Of a stretch of 64,000 nucleotides of DNA, positions 11,899-25,300 are shown one piece after another. The stretch comes from Klebsormidium nitens (Eukaryota; Plantae; Klebsormidiophyceae): contig DF237326.1 of the NCBI GenBank assembly GCA_000708835.1, forward strand, positions 1-64,000, read 5' to 3'. The notes beneath the pieces are model-generated. The model had not been told where the DNA came from and did no database searches. It saw nothing but the letters and a program-made list of their open reading frames with translations. Within the stretch, counting starts at the first letter, position 1; the number at the start of each line of letters is the position of its first letter. Made by a program: the position numbers and the translations under genes.

Positions 11899-13401
11899 AT
11901 ATCAAAGAACTCTCAAGCAGCTCCGGCCTTCCGCCAGCAGATGCTGTCGCAACGGCTCGTGTACATGGACACGGCTTGGGCTTCATCGCTTTCTAAATGT
12001 GTGTGGCGGAATGTGTAAACCGATTGACCAAGGAAAGCTCACTTTTGACGAGGTTTCACGACATAATCGTTTCTATTGTATTGGGCAATTGCCGGCACAC
12101 AGCAGCGAGCAGACGTTGTCCATGATACGCAGCTATGTTGCAACATCCTGTTGTAGCATAGCTATCCGCGGTTCGGCAGACACGTTTGTTTTGATGCAGA
12201 GAGTGACGGTGGCTCAGTAGGCCTGCCGTTCTTCATGGCGTCTCACGGTCTCAGGTTGTATGCACGGTTGTGTCATGCCTGTTATAACTTATAGCTGCTG
12301 GATGTGATTCAATTACAGCAGGAGTTTAGCATGGAATGAGCTTAGCGCATATACAGTTTCGACGACGAGCTATGATTGACACCATACACGCACATGCCTG
12401 CGTACCGACCTAGGACCGGCTGGCACCATCAACCGTCCGATCACCATCGTGCACCATCGTCCTGCAGCCAACGCATGACACGCTCTAGTGGGTACAGTAG
12501 TCTTCGGGCCGTTCGATAGTATACTTGGCAGATCGACGGCTGCTGCCCTGCCCTCATTGGCTTTCCTTCTTTAGAAGGGAATCCTTCGGATTGGCCGGCG
12601 GGTAACTCAAATTGTGCCGTATGTGGGCCTCTGCGCTTCAAGTTCTGGCGAGGGAGGTGCTTGAATGGCCGGTTCGATCTCGAAAACCTCGAAATCACGT
12701 GTCTATTTGGCAACAAAGCCGCAGCCTTTTTTTGCCGTCTGGCGGGGGGGTAGCTGGTGGCTCGTCGAATATTTCCGGTTCGATGCTTCTGGTGTTGTCT
12801 TTCGGGGTTACGAGAGTTACTAATGATGGCGGCACTGGCTCTTGTCGTCGAATTTTCGATGTAACTGACTCCGCAGTTTTCGGATTGGCTCCCCGTTTTG
12901 CGGACATATAACGAACGCCCGTCTGCGATGACGTGCTTCGTGGTCTCGCCCGCTCACCGTCGGACCTACGCGCTTTCGGGTTTGGAATGGTTTGCTGGTG
13001 CGTGGCTTGTGGCAATTAAAGGGGTTATTGTCCGCTTAAGATTCGCCGTCATCCCCACAGGCAAGCCACGGTCCCCCGCAGGGGGACTGATCGGTTCACC
13101 GCTTGTTCTTCACGCTGTCCGACCGATGCAGCCTGTGTCACAAAGACCAAGTTGTTCTGTTGCGGGCATTCGGTGAGGAAGCAGGGACTTTTGTGGGGGG
13201 GCCTGCGCTGCCGGCTGCAGGCCAGCTCCATGCAGGCTGAATGGTGGGGCCGCCCTGGCCTAAAAACGGAACTTGGGAGCTGGATTGGTCGCTTCATAAG
13301 TCCAACCATTAGGATTTATCTATCACTGGACTTCAAGTTCAGTTCTCATCTTGAGCTGGCTAGATAGGAATCACAGGATTACAGGGATCAATGCCGTGGA
13401 T

Positions 13402-15642
13402 ATGGCCCCTCCGATTGGGAGTACAGATGGACCGCGGGAAAGGGAAGCGTCCAAGACTTCTGGGGCTGTGGGGAGCGGTCTGCAGGGAGTCACAGGCGGG
13501 ACCAGGACCACTCGGATTGAACATGGCGAGTGGGCAGTCGTGCTGCTAGCCCTGGCCGCTGCTGGGAACATTGTGACTTTGCGCAAAAGACTTCTGCACA
13601 TACAGCGAATGAATCCACCTGTAAGTTTAGGAGAGCCATCATTTAGTTTCTGCGTGACGCTAACTCTGGGCAGGAGTCTAACGTAACATGCTTTGCACAG
13701 TGTACATGCCACTTGATGCTGACTTTCTGTTGTAGTCCCTCATGGTGTCCCGATTAGCAACCCAACCAAGTACCAATACTCAGTAAAACAGAAGCGAAAA
13801 GAAATGCTTTCTGTAGCCGCAGATGGGATCACTTGCAGCCACAGGTCTCCTGTTGGAGCTTGACAAAAGGGTGACGGCGGTAGTGCTTTCTGATGGTGGT
13901 GGTGGTGTAGCTGTAGCCTGGCGCACCACCCTTGCAGCAGGCCTGCTTTGACTGCCTCCAACCCAATAAGCTGTTTGTGCAGCGTGAGTCCTGGCAGAGC
14001 AGCTCAAGTACCGGCCAGCGCGCCTACTCTCAAAGTGCGCGCTCTGGGCCGCAAGCAAGGACTGATTATGAGGGGGCAGCCCGGAGAGCTCACGAGAGAG
14101 CTCAGCGGATGCGCACTATGTGGGAAGAAGAGTTTCGGAGACAGGTAAGCCATTGAACTCAGACATTCAGAAGAAAAGGTTGTCAGATTATGTGCTTAAG
14201 ATGCTCCAGCATGGACATAATTTCCAAACCGCAGGAGTATAGTTGAACCCACAAAGGAATCATAGAAGCCATACTAACTTGATAAAAATTTGTTGATCTC
14301 TCTGACATCAACAAAGTTTCAGCAGGCCGCTTGGGAACTTGTCATCCCTCTGCATATTTGCCGTGAGAAGCATAAAATGCTCATTCTCTTGGGTTCCATC
14401 ATAGAGATGTGGTTCGTAGTGCCAACTCGCATCTCCTGTACTGACTTCAGCAACGGCATCAGCGAGCATGGGAGCGGGAGGCAGCGGAGCGGGAGCATTT
14501 CCAGCAGGCATATGCGCGATACAACGCCCGCTTCCAATACCGGGGCCAGGGGGGTCCCTTCAGCTACTTTCAGGGTGCACCGCCCGCGCGGGGCGCGGAG
14601 CACCTTGCAGTACTGGGGCTGGACGGGTAAGTCTTCCTGCTGTCTTCAGTCATTGCACACGGCTATAGAATGCTTAACTTGTCACAATTGAGGTTGTTGG
14701 TAAGGCTGGAGAATATGATAGCGAGCCGCTGTTCCATGAAGGTTTGCAGGCTAACAAGACGGTGACCTTTTGTCTCTCACTTGATGTGAATCTGTGATGA
14801 GAGTGTCAACGTAGCGACAGGCTTGACCCACACTTCTCATTCTGTTTGCTTCTGCAGGACAAGGGGGGCAACATTTACTGCTGCGGAGATCAAGGTGCAC
14901 ATTTACAAATGGGTTCTGAAGGCGTTCTCAGTGTTATCCCCGGTCCTCATAATGGTTGACCTTCGGCCCATGACTGTGAAACGACTCTCAAGGTCCTGCT
15001 GTCGATTATTCCAAATAATAAGGGGGTTCTTTCAGTTCGGCAGTGCTTCCTTGTGTGCTCAAAGAGGAAGGGCGATTTTCGGCGTTTTGCAAGTCAGGCG
15101 TGTCCTGTGTGATGTTACCTACTCTTAGCTTTGGCTTGTAGATCAATTTCCGCGTTCTTCCTCACTGCAGGCTGCATTTCGGGCAAAAGCTCTTGAGACG
15201 CATCCAGACCGGAATCCACAGAATCAAGGTTTGCCATCCACATACAATTCACGCTTTGATGCTTTGCTTGGTATCTGTAGGGCTCAGTTGGGTGCCAATC
15301 CAGGTACCAGAATCTGCGCAAGTTTGCCGACATAAGGCCTTGTCCTAAGGGGCATCAACTTTGAGTCCAAGCTTGTTCGATGGCTGTCCGCCTGTCTCAA
15401 CTTCATTGTGCGAGAGCCTGCCATAATTTTTGGTGGGCATGCATCAAGGCTTGCGGCTTGGATCAGGTTTTAAGTATCATATAGAAAGCTCGTAGACATG
15501 GCTCTGACAATCAGGAGAAATCAAGCTCCACCTGCCTTACTCAAACTGTGATTCTTCTGCAGAAGAAGCGAAGGAGAAGTTTCGAAAGGTAGTGGAGGCA
15601 TACGAAGCACTTGGTCATGTACAAAAGGGAAGCATGTTGTAG
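13402..15642 (+). CDS. DnaJ-domain protein with an N-terminal hydrophobic segment and a C-terminal J-domain (start codon tentative)
   Basis: Spliced in phase: WAVVLLALAAAGNIVTLRKRLL | RESWQSS...MWEEEFRRQ | QRHQRAWERE...AEHLAVLGLDG | TRGATFTAAEIK | AAFRAKALETHPDRNPQNQ (HPD at 15201-15209) | EEAKEKFRKVVEAYEALG...ML*. Confidence 0.85.
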
Positions 15643-17579
15643 GGATGAGTAAGCTGCTCGCACCTTTTAGGACCATAATCCAGTGTAAAATTGCAATGAG
15701 GTACATCTCTTCAACCGTTGAGTGAAGGTCATTCAAACGTCGTTTGATCAGTGTTGCCAACCATTAGAACTTCGCAACAGAAGTATAGTTTGTCGTTTGG
15801 CCGAACCACTCGACCACTCGTTCGACAGACTAAAGGTAGAAAGTGAGAAAGATTGGTTTCGAAAGCTTATTATCATGCTGCTAGCTAAGTAGGACGTGTT
15901 GTATATGACATTCGCAACAAACGAGCCTGACACTGTGTATCGTTGTTGACTGTGATTCTTGGAGATCGGATCTGGCTCTCAACACGGTGTTGAGCACACA
16001 AAGCTGCTGCACGTTCTCCACACGTACCATGGACGAGGCCATCCGAGTCGAGTTTGGATCACCCCTCTGATTGTATTGATATATCTAGCAGCCGCTCAAT
16101 CTTTCAATAATCGGGTCACTGACCAGTAGCCGGCCAGATATACTATAAGCCAATTAAGGCCCATTCACTGCAGAACTCTGGAACCTCTCGTTTGAACTTG
16201 GGAATGTGCCAGTTTGTTCGAGCCATGAGGAACTTTGCCATGGAGAAACCGCTTATAAATTTCCGAGGAACTTGAATGCGGAAAAGCTTTCAATTAATGA
16301 TGCGTTATCGCGAGCCATGGGCCTTTACTCCGAGCCACCGATATTTAATGTCTAAGTTTTCTGGGCTCCGATCAAAAACTGGAAACTGGATTAGATAAGT
16401 TCTCGAAGTAAGACGTACATATACTAACAAAAGATTCATGCAGGGGTTGGACGGATCGGACTTGCATGGTTATATATATACACACGAGTCTATTCTTTGC
16501 TTTTGCGATTCAGAGGGTTTTATGATGATGGTATCACTGCATGCTGATTACCTTCACGCCTTAATAAGTAGCGCACCAGACGTATACGGTCAAATCATTG
16601 CAAGCACTCATCCATGCTACAATTGTTGAATGGCTTACAATAGGTTGGCTCAATTAGGGTTTAGTACTTTCACTGACGACGTCAACATTTTGCAACCCAT
16701 GCAATGAAGGGGGAAGGACGCTTCACTGCTTTCAAATTCAGGGAAGTTCAGGCCCGACTCGGTTGCAATTTGGCAAACTTCGATCAGTGCCAGACGCGGC
16801 GTGAGGAGGACCATCCAGCGCACCGGTGACCGCACCCTTCCAAATTCCAGTGGAAGCCTCAACAGTGAGTTGTAATGAGTGGGGAGACTCGGGTCGTGAA
16901 CGAACTTCGACCTCACAAGAGCGAAATCGAGACTCAACTTTCAAGTCTCGGACTTCGGACTCCGGAGGCTGCGCCGACTTGCGGTCGATGGCAGGTAGGA
17001 ACCGGTAGGACAGATCGCAGGTGGTACAATGCGTGCAAGAGACCGGTAAGAAAGATGCTACCGGAAGTAGTATAGCCATCAGTGTCCACGTGGTTTCTAT
17101 ACGCCCTTCTCATTGGCCATATCACGGACGCACAATAGCGTATTGCAAAGTGGCGCCGCTGGGGGAGAAGCACAATGCATTCATGAATGTGCATTGCACA
17201 ATGCAGAGTACCTAGCCTGAGGCTGAACGGTAGGTACTCCAGCATAGGAAATCGGGGAGACGGTTGAAGAAGGGTGCGCTCTTTAGTTCGCTGAAACAGG
17301 TTTCCCCACCTGGGCCAAGGTCTCCCTGCCGGTGCAACTCCTATCACAGCCGGCCTCGCAGTTCCCGCCCCAGACGAGGTGGACCTTCTTAGCTAGAAGC
17401 CGCCTTGATGCTGTGAGGTGTGGCGAAAGCAAGGAGAAGTCAGCCCTGTGCCGATTGTTTCGCTCGCTGCCTCTTTTTGTGCGCTGGTGGTCACATATTG
17501 TTGGGACGGTCAGGCCGGCCAGTTGTAGCTGCAGGCGCTGCTGCAACTTAGAAGACGCGCTCAGACGCTTACATTGAAG

Positions 17580-20500
17580 ATGGCAAGAGCGTGCATAAGG
17601 TGAGGGACGATGCAGATGGACAAGAGAGGGGGATGATACCTGCCCTGTGTACGGTTGCCCTGGGACCAGCGTTGCAGAGGAGTTGCTGACGCGTCAGCTT
17701 GTGCTGTCCTCTTGATTCTCCAGGACCTCGAGTTTGCGCCTTTGAGGAGTTTCAAGGTGCAGTGGTTGAGAGATTGCTGATGCTTTGCCAGACCCTCATA
17801 CTGTGGCGCCAAAACCATTCTCCCAGTAAGTTCTCTGAGCTCGCATCGGAAGATATCGCTAGACTCTCTTGTTGATTAGGTCTTGTAGCAGCTGGTGAAA
17901 GATTCGATTCTTGCAGGTCGGTGACCGTAGCCTTGCTGGTGGCCTTGGCTGTGAGCTTCCCCCTGCTGGCCAGCGCCCACAATGGGGTAAGCAGTTCACC
18001 TTTAACCTCACCGCAGATCATTGTTACTGGTTTACTGCCATACTGTAAGAAAGTGTTGAAATTACAGGCTTCACAAGCATAAGAGTAAGCTACACATCCA
18101 TCTACCTGCAATCTGCTTGTGGCGCCATGTCTTTTTTGAAACAGAAATTACGCCTGCACAAAAGGCCCCAGGCGCAATTGCAATCTGCCGCCGTGCTCGC
18201 AAACCTAGACTACATGCAGTCCTTGTTGACATAATGTGGGCTATCCACATACGGGTCTACTTCCACCAATATTTTTTGCAAGTTCTGTCTCCCTGTTGAC
18301 ATCATCCTGTCTCTCAATTACTGCCTTCTCCTTGGAAAGAGCACGCCTTCCCTCGACACCTGCCACCTCGCACCTTTTTGCCACATTCCTCACCGAACCA
18401 CCCCCCCCTCTCTTTGGACCAGGGGTTACCCCTCTGTTCCGTCCTACCGCCCCTGATCCCTTCCTTGCAACCTTGGTTCAGGTGATCCATGACACCCCAG
18501 ATGAGCCCGAAGAAACCCCCGCTGCCGCAACCACCGCCGCCGGGACCACTGCCGCGACGACTGGCTCCGCTACTGCAGCCAGTCCTGAGGCTGTGATCGA
18601 TTTGCGCAGCTCGCACCTGATTGGCAACAAAGTGGGCTGTCTGGCGGTCATCTTTGCAGTGCCCTTTATCGGCTGCCTGCTGCCCTTCTTTGTGCGCTTC
18701 TCATATGACGTCATCGTCTACGGGACCCTGTTTGGCAGCGGCCTCTTCGTCACGCTGGCCCTTATGCACCTTGTTCCTGACAGCGCCGCAGGCTTCAACT
18801 ACCTGTCCGACTCACGTGAGTGGCGCGCCTTGTGAACCTCCAGCCGGGTCGTCTATGCTAAAGCTTTCTGTACTGCTGGCCAGGGTTTGCTCATTGAAAA
18901 ACAAGGACTAGGAGCGGATTTTATTGTTGGTACTTGATTTCGGACGAGCATCTGACGAGTCTGACCTGGAACGGAGCCTACCTATTCCGTCCTTGGCAGT
19001 TTGCTGATGGTAAATATGTCTAGTGTGCCCGCTTCCCACACATTGAGACCAAACTGAGCCTCTGTGCATTCTGTCCATTGCTTGGTTGTATCCATGTCCT
19101 GTGCTTGGCTGCTTCAAGTGCTGGCTGTTTCCACTTGGCAAAGCTGCGCTGCATCCAAGCATCACCCTGGTCCTTGCGCTGTGCAGACTACCCCTGGGCG
19201 TACCTCCTTGTGGTGGCTGGCTACTTCTTCGCCTTCTTGGCTGACCTCATCGTCCATGCCGTGTGGGAGAGGAAGGAACAGCACGACAGGCAAGCAGCAG
19301 AGGTGAGCCCAGGACACTGCCTTAGCAAACACGCAAACAAGCAATCAAATGTGCTTACAAGCAGTGCTTTTCTATGTCGACTATCCACGCTTCCAAATGC
19401 CTTCCACCACCGAAACTTGAGACAGTTGGGGCAGTACCCCGGTCTGTGTCGACATGATTGGAGCACCCGTTGGGGGCATGTGGAAAGTTCAACCTGACAT
19501 CTTGTCCTGAATAGCGCTCGCCACTGTCAGCGGCCACACCTTCTTGAAGTCCCCTGCGTATGCTTTCTTGCTTGCAGCTCAAGGCGGCCCAGCTAGGTGC
19601 TGGGAGCGCTCCTGCGGCTTCGGCTCCCTCTGGCGGCAAGCTGTGCTGCCAGGCGCGGCCGTCCAAGCAGACGGTGGACGAGGAGACTGCGCTGGCGGGC
19701 GCTGCAGCGTCCTACTGCTGCGACGGCAACTGCAAGTGCCAGGGCGACCTGTGCCAGTGCCCCCAGGAACGCGGGTGAGGCGCAGCGCAGCCCAAGCAGA
19801 GGGCGGCCTCGTCGACAAAATGGCCCCAATGCTTCGTCGGATAATACTTGCATCGTTGTGCATAGTCAAGAGCCACTGCACAACGTGTTGGGATCTGCTA
19901 GATGGTCTTTCGACGAGGGCTTGTCTCTCCAGGTGCCCATTCCAAGTTTGTCCGTTAGATTGTTGGACTTGTCCTGCTCAGATTACCGGGTGGCATTGAG
20001 ACTTTATCTGGTGGGATCGAGGACGAGATTTCAACAATATGCCTTTGTCCGTCAGAGCTGTCGGGGCCATCTGAGAGAAGTCGGTCAGACCCATATGCCA
20101 GGGCTACAGTTTCTTAAACCCCGCTTGTCGGCAGTAGTGTCAACATACCTCGAGATGAATCTGTCAGTAAATATAGTAGAACTTTGTACGTGGAGGCCAG
20201 GACATATAGAGCCTTGGGAAATGCTTTTATGTTACATCAGTTGGGTGTTTGTGCTTGGGCGCTGGAAGACCGGCAGTTTTTCTACCCAATACGTTGGGCA
20301 GTCCTAGGCTGTAATCAAGATCACACACCTACTCAGGTACCTGCGTTCGAGCGCAGAGGCACCGCCCCACTCCACTCATCTTCGCTGCTAATCTTGGGTC
20401 CAAGGTCCTTCCAGTTGCAGCTCAGCTAACTTGACACCCATCCTCTCTCAGTGGGCATGCCAAGCCGGGCGTGGGCGAGTTCGACCAGCAGTACCTGAAG

Positions 20501-21445
20501 GCGGCAGAGGCAGTGGAGTCGAAGCTGGCGCACAACGTGCACGGCCTCTCCCTGGCGGACATCGCCATCCTGGTGCTCGCCCTCTGCTTCCACGCCATCT
20601 TCGAGGGGCTCGCCATCGGCCTCAGCGCGACCTCCAAGGATGCCTGGAAGACGACCAGCTCCATTGTCATCCACAAGGTGAGGAGTGATCTGGACTGGAC
20701 AAGAGGAAAATGTACCGGCATACAGCCGACTCTCTATGCAACAGCTGCGAATGCAGACTGTACTGTGGGATGGGTACTTGGTACTGTTGTTGGCATGGCT
20801 GGTTGTCAGGAAGGAGGCCATCCGCTGCTTACTTGGGCTGGCAGCTGAAGGTTTTTAAGACGGATCTGTGTGGAGTTAAACACCTTTGATTGCGGCATCG
20901 GCGACTCACGTTCTAGAGGTCCAAGCAGACAAAATACCAGGGGGCTCATCAGGCATCTCTGCCTATTTGCCTGCATGGATCCGCACTCCCAGACTTTCTC
21001 TCTGGTTGCGTGCCTGCTTCTTAGGTCGCACCGCAGCTGTTGTTGCAACGTGGCCCTCACTTCGTTTCCATTGCCTGACTGCTGGCTGTTTGATGTGCAG
21101 ATTTTCGAGGGGCTGGCCCTGGGCGCGTCCCTGTTGATGCACAACCCCAAGCGGTCCTTCTTGTCGCTCCTGCCCTTTGGCGTGGGCTTCGCCATCGCTG
21201 CCCCCGTGGGGCTGGCCATCGGCATCATCCTGGACTCCACCGCGGAGCCACGCACAGCGCTGTGGGTGGACACGATCGGCAACGGCATTGCCGCAGGCGT
21301 CTTCTTGTTCGTGGGTATCGGGCATCTCATGGCCAAGGCGTTTAAGGCATCGTGCACCGACACGTGGAGGACGCCGTTCTTCAAGTGGACGGCCGCGGCT
21401 CTAGGCGTCACAACTATGGCGCTGATCCAGATGGACCACGACTGA
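17580..21445 (+). CDS. ZIP-family (ZRT/IRT-like) divalent metal transporter, ZIP2/ZIP11-like, with signal peptide
   Basis: [30 protein letters not shown]; [17 protein letters not shown]; [19 protein letters not shown]; [13 protein letters not shown]; TM4 [13 protein letters not shown]; TM5 IVIHK|IFEGLALG; [15 protein letters not shown]; stop at 21443-21445. Confidence 0.93.
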
Positions 21446-22338
21446 AGGTGACGGGATGCCTTGGGGTCGTTCGTAACATAGCCATTAGGGAAGCGTGTGC
21501 GCTTCGCTGAGCTGAGAATACCAAACCATCATAAACAAATCAAATGCACGTAGTCAGTGGATCGACCGTGGAAACTTCCAGTTTCGCAAAGCCCTTTTTC
21601 TGCATCGTCGAGGAGCACAGTTACCAGCAACCTGAGCCCGGCCAAAGTTCTGTGGATCATCTGAGGGTTGCCATGACTGATCTCATTGCAACCAATATGA
21701 TCACTTGCGGATTTCCGCATTGTTCTGGTGAGCCTCGCGAGTATACTATGCCAGCATGCGTCAGTGAATCAACGCATGGCATCATTTAAGACACGTTTGT
21801 ATACACAGGCCAATGTTTCGGCATGCTCGTATGCGCGATCGAATGGTTTGTGTCTTATTGTTTGGAACTTCCGTCTCCCACAAAAAAATTGGATCACTTA
21901 TATCATTTCATATTGAAGGCCAGAAAAGGCATAAAATGATGGGAACGCTGAGTGACGCGTGCACTGCAAGCTTAGCGCTCGTCACGTGCAGAGCCAGATC
22001 CGTACATTGCCATGCACCATGTGCAGCTTGCTCGATTAATTAGTCATGATCACTAGGAAGCGTAGGATCCTTGCATGATCATCTGATAAGTGCATGAGGT
22101 GGCCAATGATAGGCACCCGCATGCATTACCGGCTGCAGCGTGTCCAAAACCGAGGAGGATCATTCGGAGCTCAGCTGTCGGGGATGCACTTGTTTGAAGC
22201 TGGCACCGTCGCAGATGACTGGCCGCAAGTACAGATGCATGGTAGTCTCAAATTGTGCATAGGATACTTGACTGCAGCAGACGGTCAGCCTTTCGACAAC
22301 CAGCCACAATCTGGCTTCTGCCTCCATCCATCAGAAGT

Positions 22339-25300
22339 TTATGCATCCTCGTCACTTGGTTCGGCCACGTCGTCCTCCTCGTCGTCGCCACCCTCACCAT
22401 CCGCTATCCCCTCTAATAGCTTATCGACGTCCTCCCCCAGCGCCTCGAGCGCCTCTCTCAGCTTCTCCACCTTGGCCTCCTCCTGCCCCAGGCACACCAG
22501 CAGGTCGTTCATCTCGCCCTCCGCCTCCTTGGCCCCCACCTCCCGCCCCTCCTCCCGGGCCTGGGCCAGAGCCTCCTCCGACGGGGCACTCTGCCCGGAA
22601 GGACCGGCGCCAGGAGCGGACCGCTGCTGTTTCAACTCGGCTTCGAGCCGGTAGTTTTCCTGCCAAAGCACGAGGGGCAATCAGGGCTGTGACATGACCG
22701 CGGTTCGATTGGTCGGTCGAAAGAAAGAGCGACATCTGAAGGTGGTTGAATGTCAGTAGCTTTCGAGGGTGGTATCGACTGCAAGCTTGGGCACATCTGT
22801 AGAAAACAAGTCTATTTGAACACCTACCGAGAAGATGTAAGCCATTAAGCGCACCTGTTCGAGGGTGTTGTACGCGTTGGAGAGCGAGCGGAGGTCGGCC
22901 TCGTGTTTCTCGGCGAGCTGCTGTGCGCGCGCTGTCTCCTCCTGGAGGGCCGCCCGCTCCACCTCACCTTGCTGCACCACCCGCTGCAGCTCCGCCACCT
23001 GGAAGCCGCCACCGCGTTGGGTTGAAATGCAGCCAACAACGATACACACCAGGAAACGAAGAGAAGCCAAGCTCTCCCGCACGTTGCGAACAGAGCCAGC
23101 TATGGTCCTGTCCTGCTAATGTAGTCAACTTTTGTCAAAACCGGAACGGCAGACGCGACCCAAACATTGAGAGCAACAAAGAGAGCGTCGTGCACCTGTT
23201 TTTTGAGGGCCTCCGTCTCGGCCTTGACCCGCGCTATGTCCAGCGGGGTACCCCCCGCCTTCTTCGGCCTCGGCTCCGCTTGCAGGCTGCGAGCCATGCT
23301 CAGCGACTCGCGCGCGGCTCCATCCTGGAGCCCGCCGCTGCTTTCGCCCGCCGCCATCAGGTCCTGCGCAAGGGCCGCATTGTTCTCCCGCACCTGCGCA
23401 ACAACGAGGAGCGGCGTGAGACTGCTGGCAGCCGTGACTCCGCTCCTGGCCCACGGCAACTCTTCAGGCGGCCGTTTGCGGTGTCCTCGTCTCAACCAAC
23501 GTGGGAAGGAACCTGCCCTTAGAAAGACATTTTTTCCGCAGCCTGTCGCCAGCGAGGAGCGGTTGCTCACCGCTCCAGCGGGCTGCGGACCTGCACGACT
23601 GTCTCGTCGTTGGCACAGTCTATGTCCTGGCTGTTGCCTGTTTGTGCAGGCAGATACGGATATGAAGAAGTCGCAGCAGATCCAGATTCCAGACTGTGAG
23701 ACCCTCGCTTGTCTTTCTGACTAACGAAGCAGTTCTTGATCTTGCCACAAATAGCAAGCCATCGGCGCTTCGCGCTCGACTGTCTGTCCGCTCACTTCGA
23801 GCAGCTCGTGCGACTGCGCTCGCAGCAGCTCCTTCAACCGCTCCACCTGCGCCGCCTCCGTCTCGCCTGGCAGCGCTTCAAACTCGGCGGCGTTCCCGTC
23901 AGACGTCCCCGCGTTGGGCCGGGCGTACAACTCCAGCGAGCGCGCTTTCACCGGACCCTCGATGTCGACAACAAACCTGGCGCGAATCAATCTCGTTAGT
24001 TCCAGCTCGGAGCTCCTAGCCGGTGAAAGCATGGCATTCATTCCCTTTCCATCATGTAGGAACATGCTCTATAAAAACTACGTGCCTGGCAATAGAAGAC
24101 AAGACAAGAAGAGGCCCGATGCACAAGTTGGTCGGTACTTTTCTTTTGCGATGCTGACTCTGCCCATTTCCTTCTTCCCAGGGTGTCGTGAGACCTTTAA
24201 AAAAGCTTATGGTTGGGCTCACTTGACAAACTCCGCGTCATAGAAGGTCGTGAGCGACGCGTCCACGTCATCCTTCGGCCCTGCACTCCCGTTCTCTTCC
24301 CTTTCCTGTCCGCCCCCGGGGATGACGTCACCTGCAACCGCCGCCGCCGCAGTTGCTCGCGTCAGCGCGGCCGGCAACTTTGGCGCCGTCGCCGCGTTAT
24401 GGAAGAGCGTCGTTTGGCGCATGTTCTCCCAGAGGCCGAAGAACTTGGGCAGCCCGATGCGCTGGCTGATCAGGTCCAGGATGGTGGACGCACTGCTGGA
24501 GGCCTTGCTGGCGGAGGCAGTGGCGGAGGGGGGCGGGCAGTAGAGCAAGCACACGCCCAGGAGGACGGCGGCAAGGCCCGCAATGTGGACGCTCGCAGGG
24601 GAGCCGGTGCTGTTGGTCAGGTCAGCTGCAGAGAAGGAGCGGATGGTGTTGTTATCCTGCGAAGGTTTTGGGAAGGGAAGAACAGGAGCAGAGCTGTGTG
24701 GAAATCAAGGCACATTGTGGCGGATCATAAGGCAGGCAACGGGCAGTCTTTGAGTTCGGCTGCGGCCGAGCAGTTCCCGCGTCAGGTTTGGAGGTTCAGC
24801 GCAAAGACGGTGGGCGCAGTACACGGGGCTGCTGTGTCACGTGTCATCGATTGCTGATTGCCCAGCCAGGCTCACCAACGAGAGGCAGATGGGCGGGTGA
24901 TGCCAGGAACGCCGTGACGGCTGGCGGGCAGTCGTTGAGCCACGTGACGAGCAGGCGGAGGAAGACCGCTGGCAGCCAGGCGCTGCTTCCGGCGGCTGGG
25001 CCGTTGACGGCGGCGTACGTGGAGGCGGAGGAGAGGTAGCGGAGGCAGCGGGGCAGGAGCAGGTCCGGCTGAGCCGACGCAGAGGAGGCAATCTCGAGGG
25101 GGATCGTCAGGACCTGGCGAGGAACGCAGCGGGCACAGACGAGTCAGGAACGCGTCACTCTTTAACTTACTGTCGGTGCAGCTGGGGAGCTTGAACAGTT
25201 CCAGTGCAAAACTTCCAAAGCAGCAAATCCTGCGCCACCCTTTTAAGGGCAGGCCTGGACAGCGTCTGGCCATGTTGCCGAACGTTGCGCTCAGTGTTGA

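Noticed and set aside
12441-13015. Two short minus-strand ORFs (MSAKRGANPK...GKKRLRL and ...YYRTARRLLYPLERV) divergent from the DnaJ gene
   Set aside because: No recognisable domain, no convincing splice join between them, and no host-like codon bias. An expressed micro-gene cannot be excluded.
16170-16365. ATG-less open frame LWNLSFELGNVP...PPIFNV*
   Set aside because: About 65 codons with no start, splice context or motif; consistent with chance.
17170-17200. Near-palindrome around CATTCATGAATG
   Set aside because: Isolated and imperfect, with no second copy or TSD.
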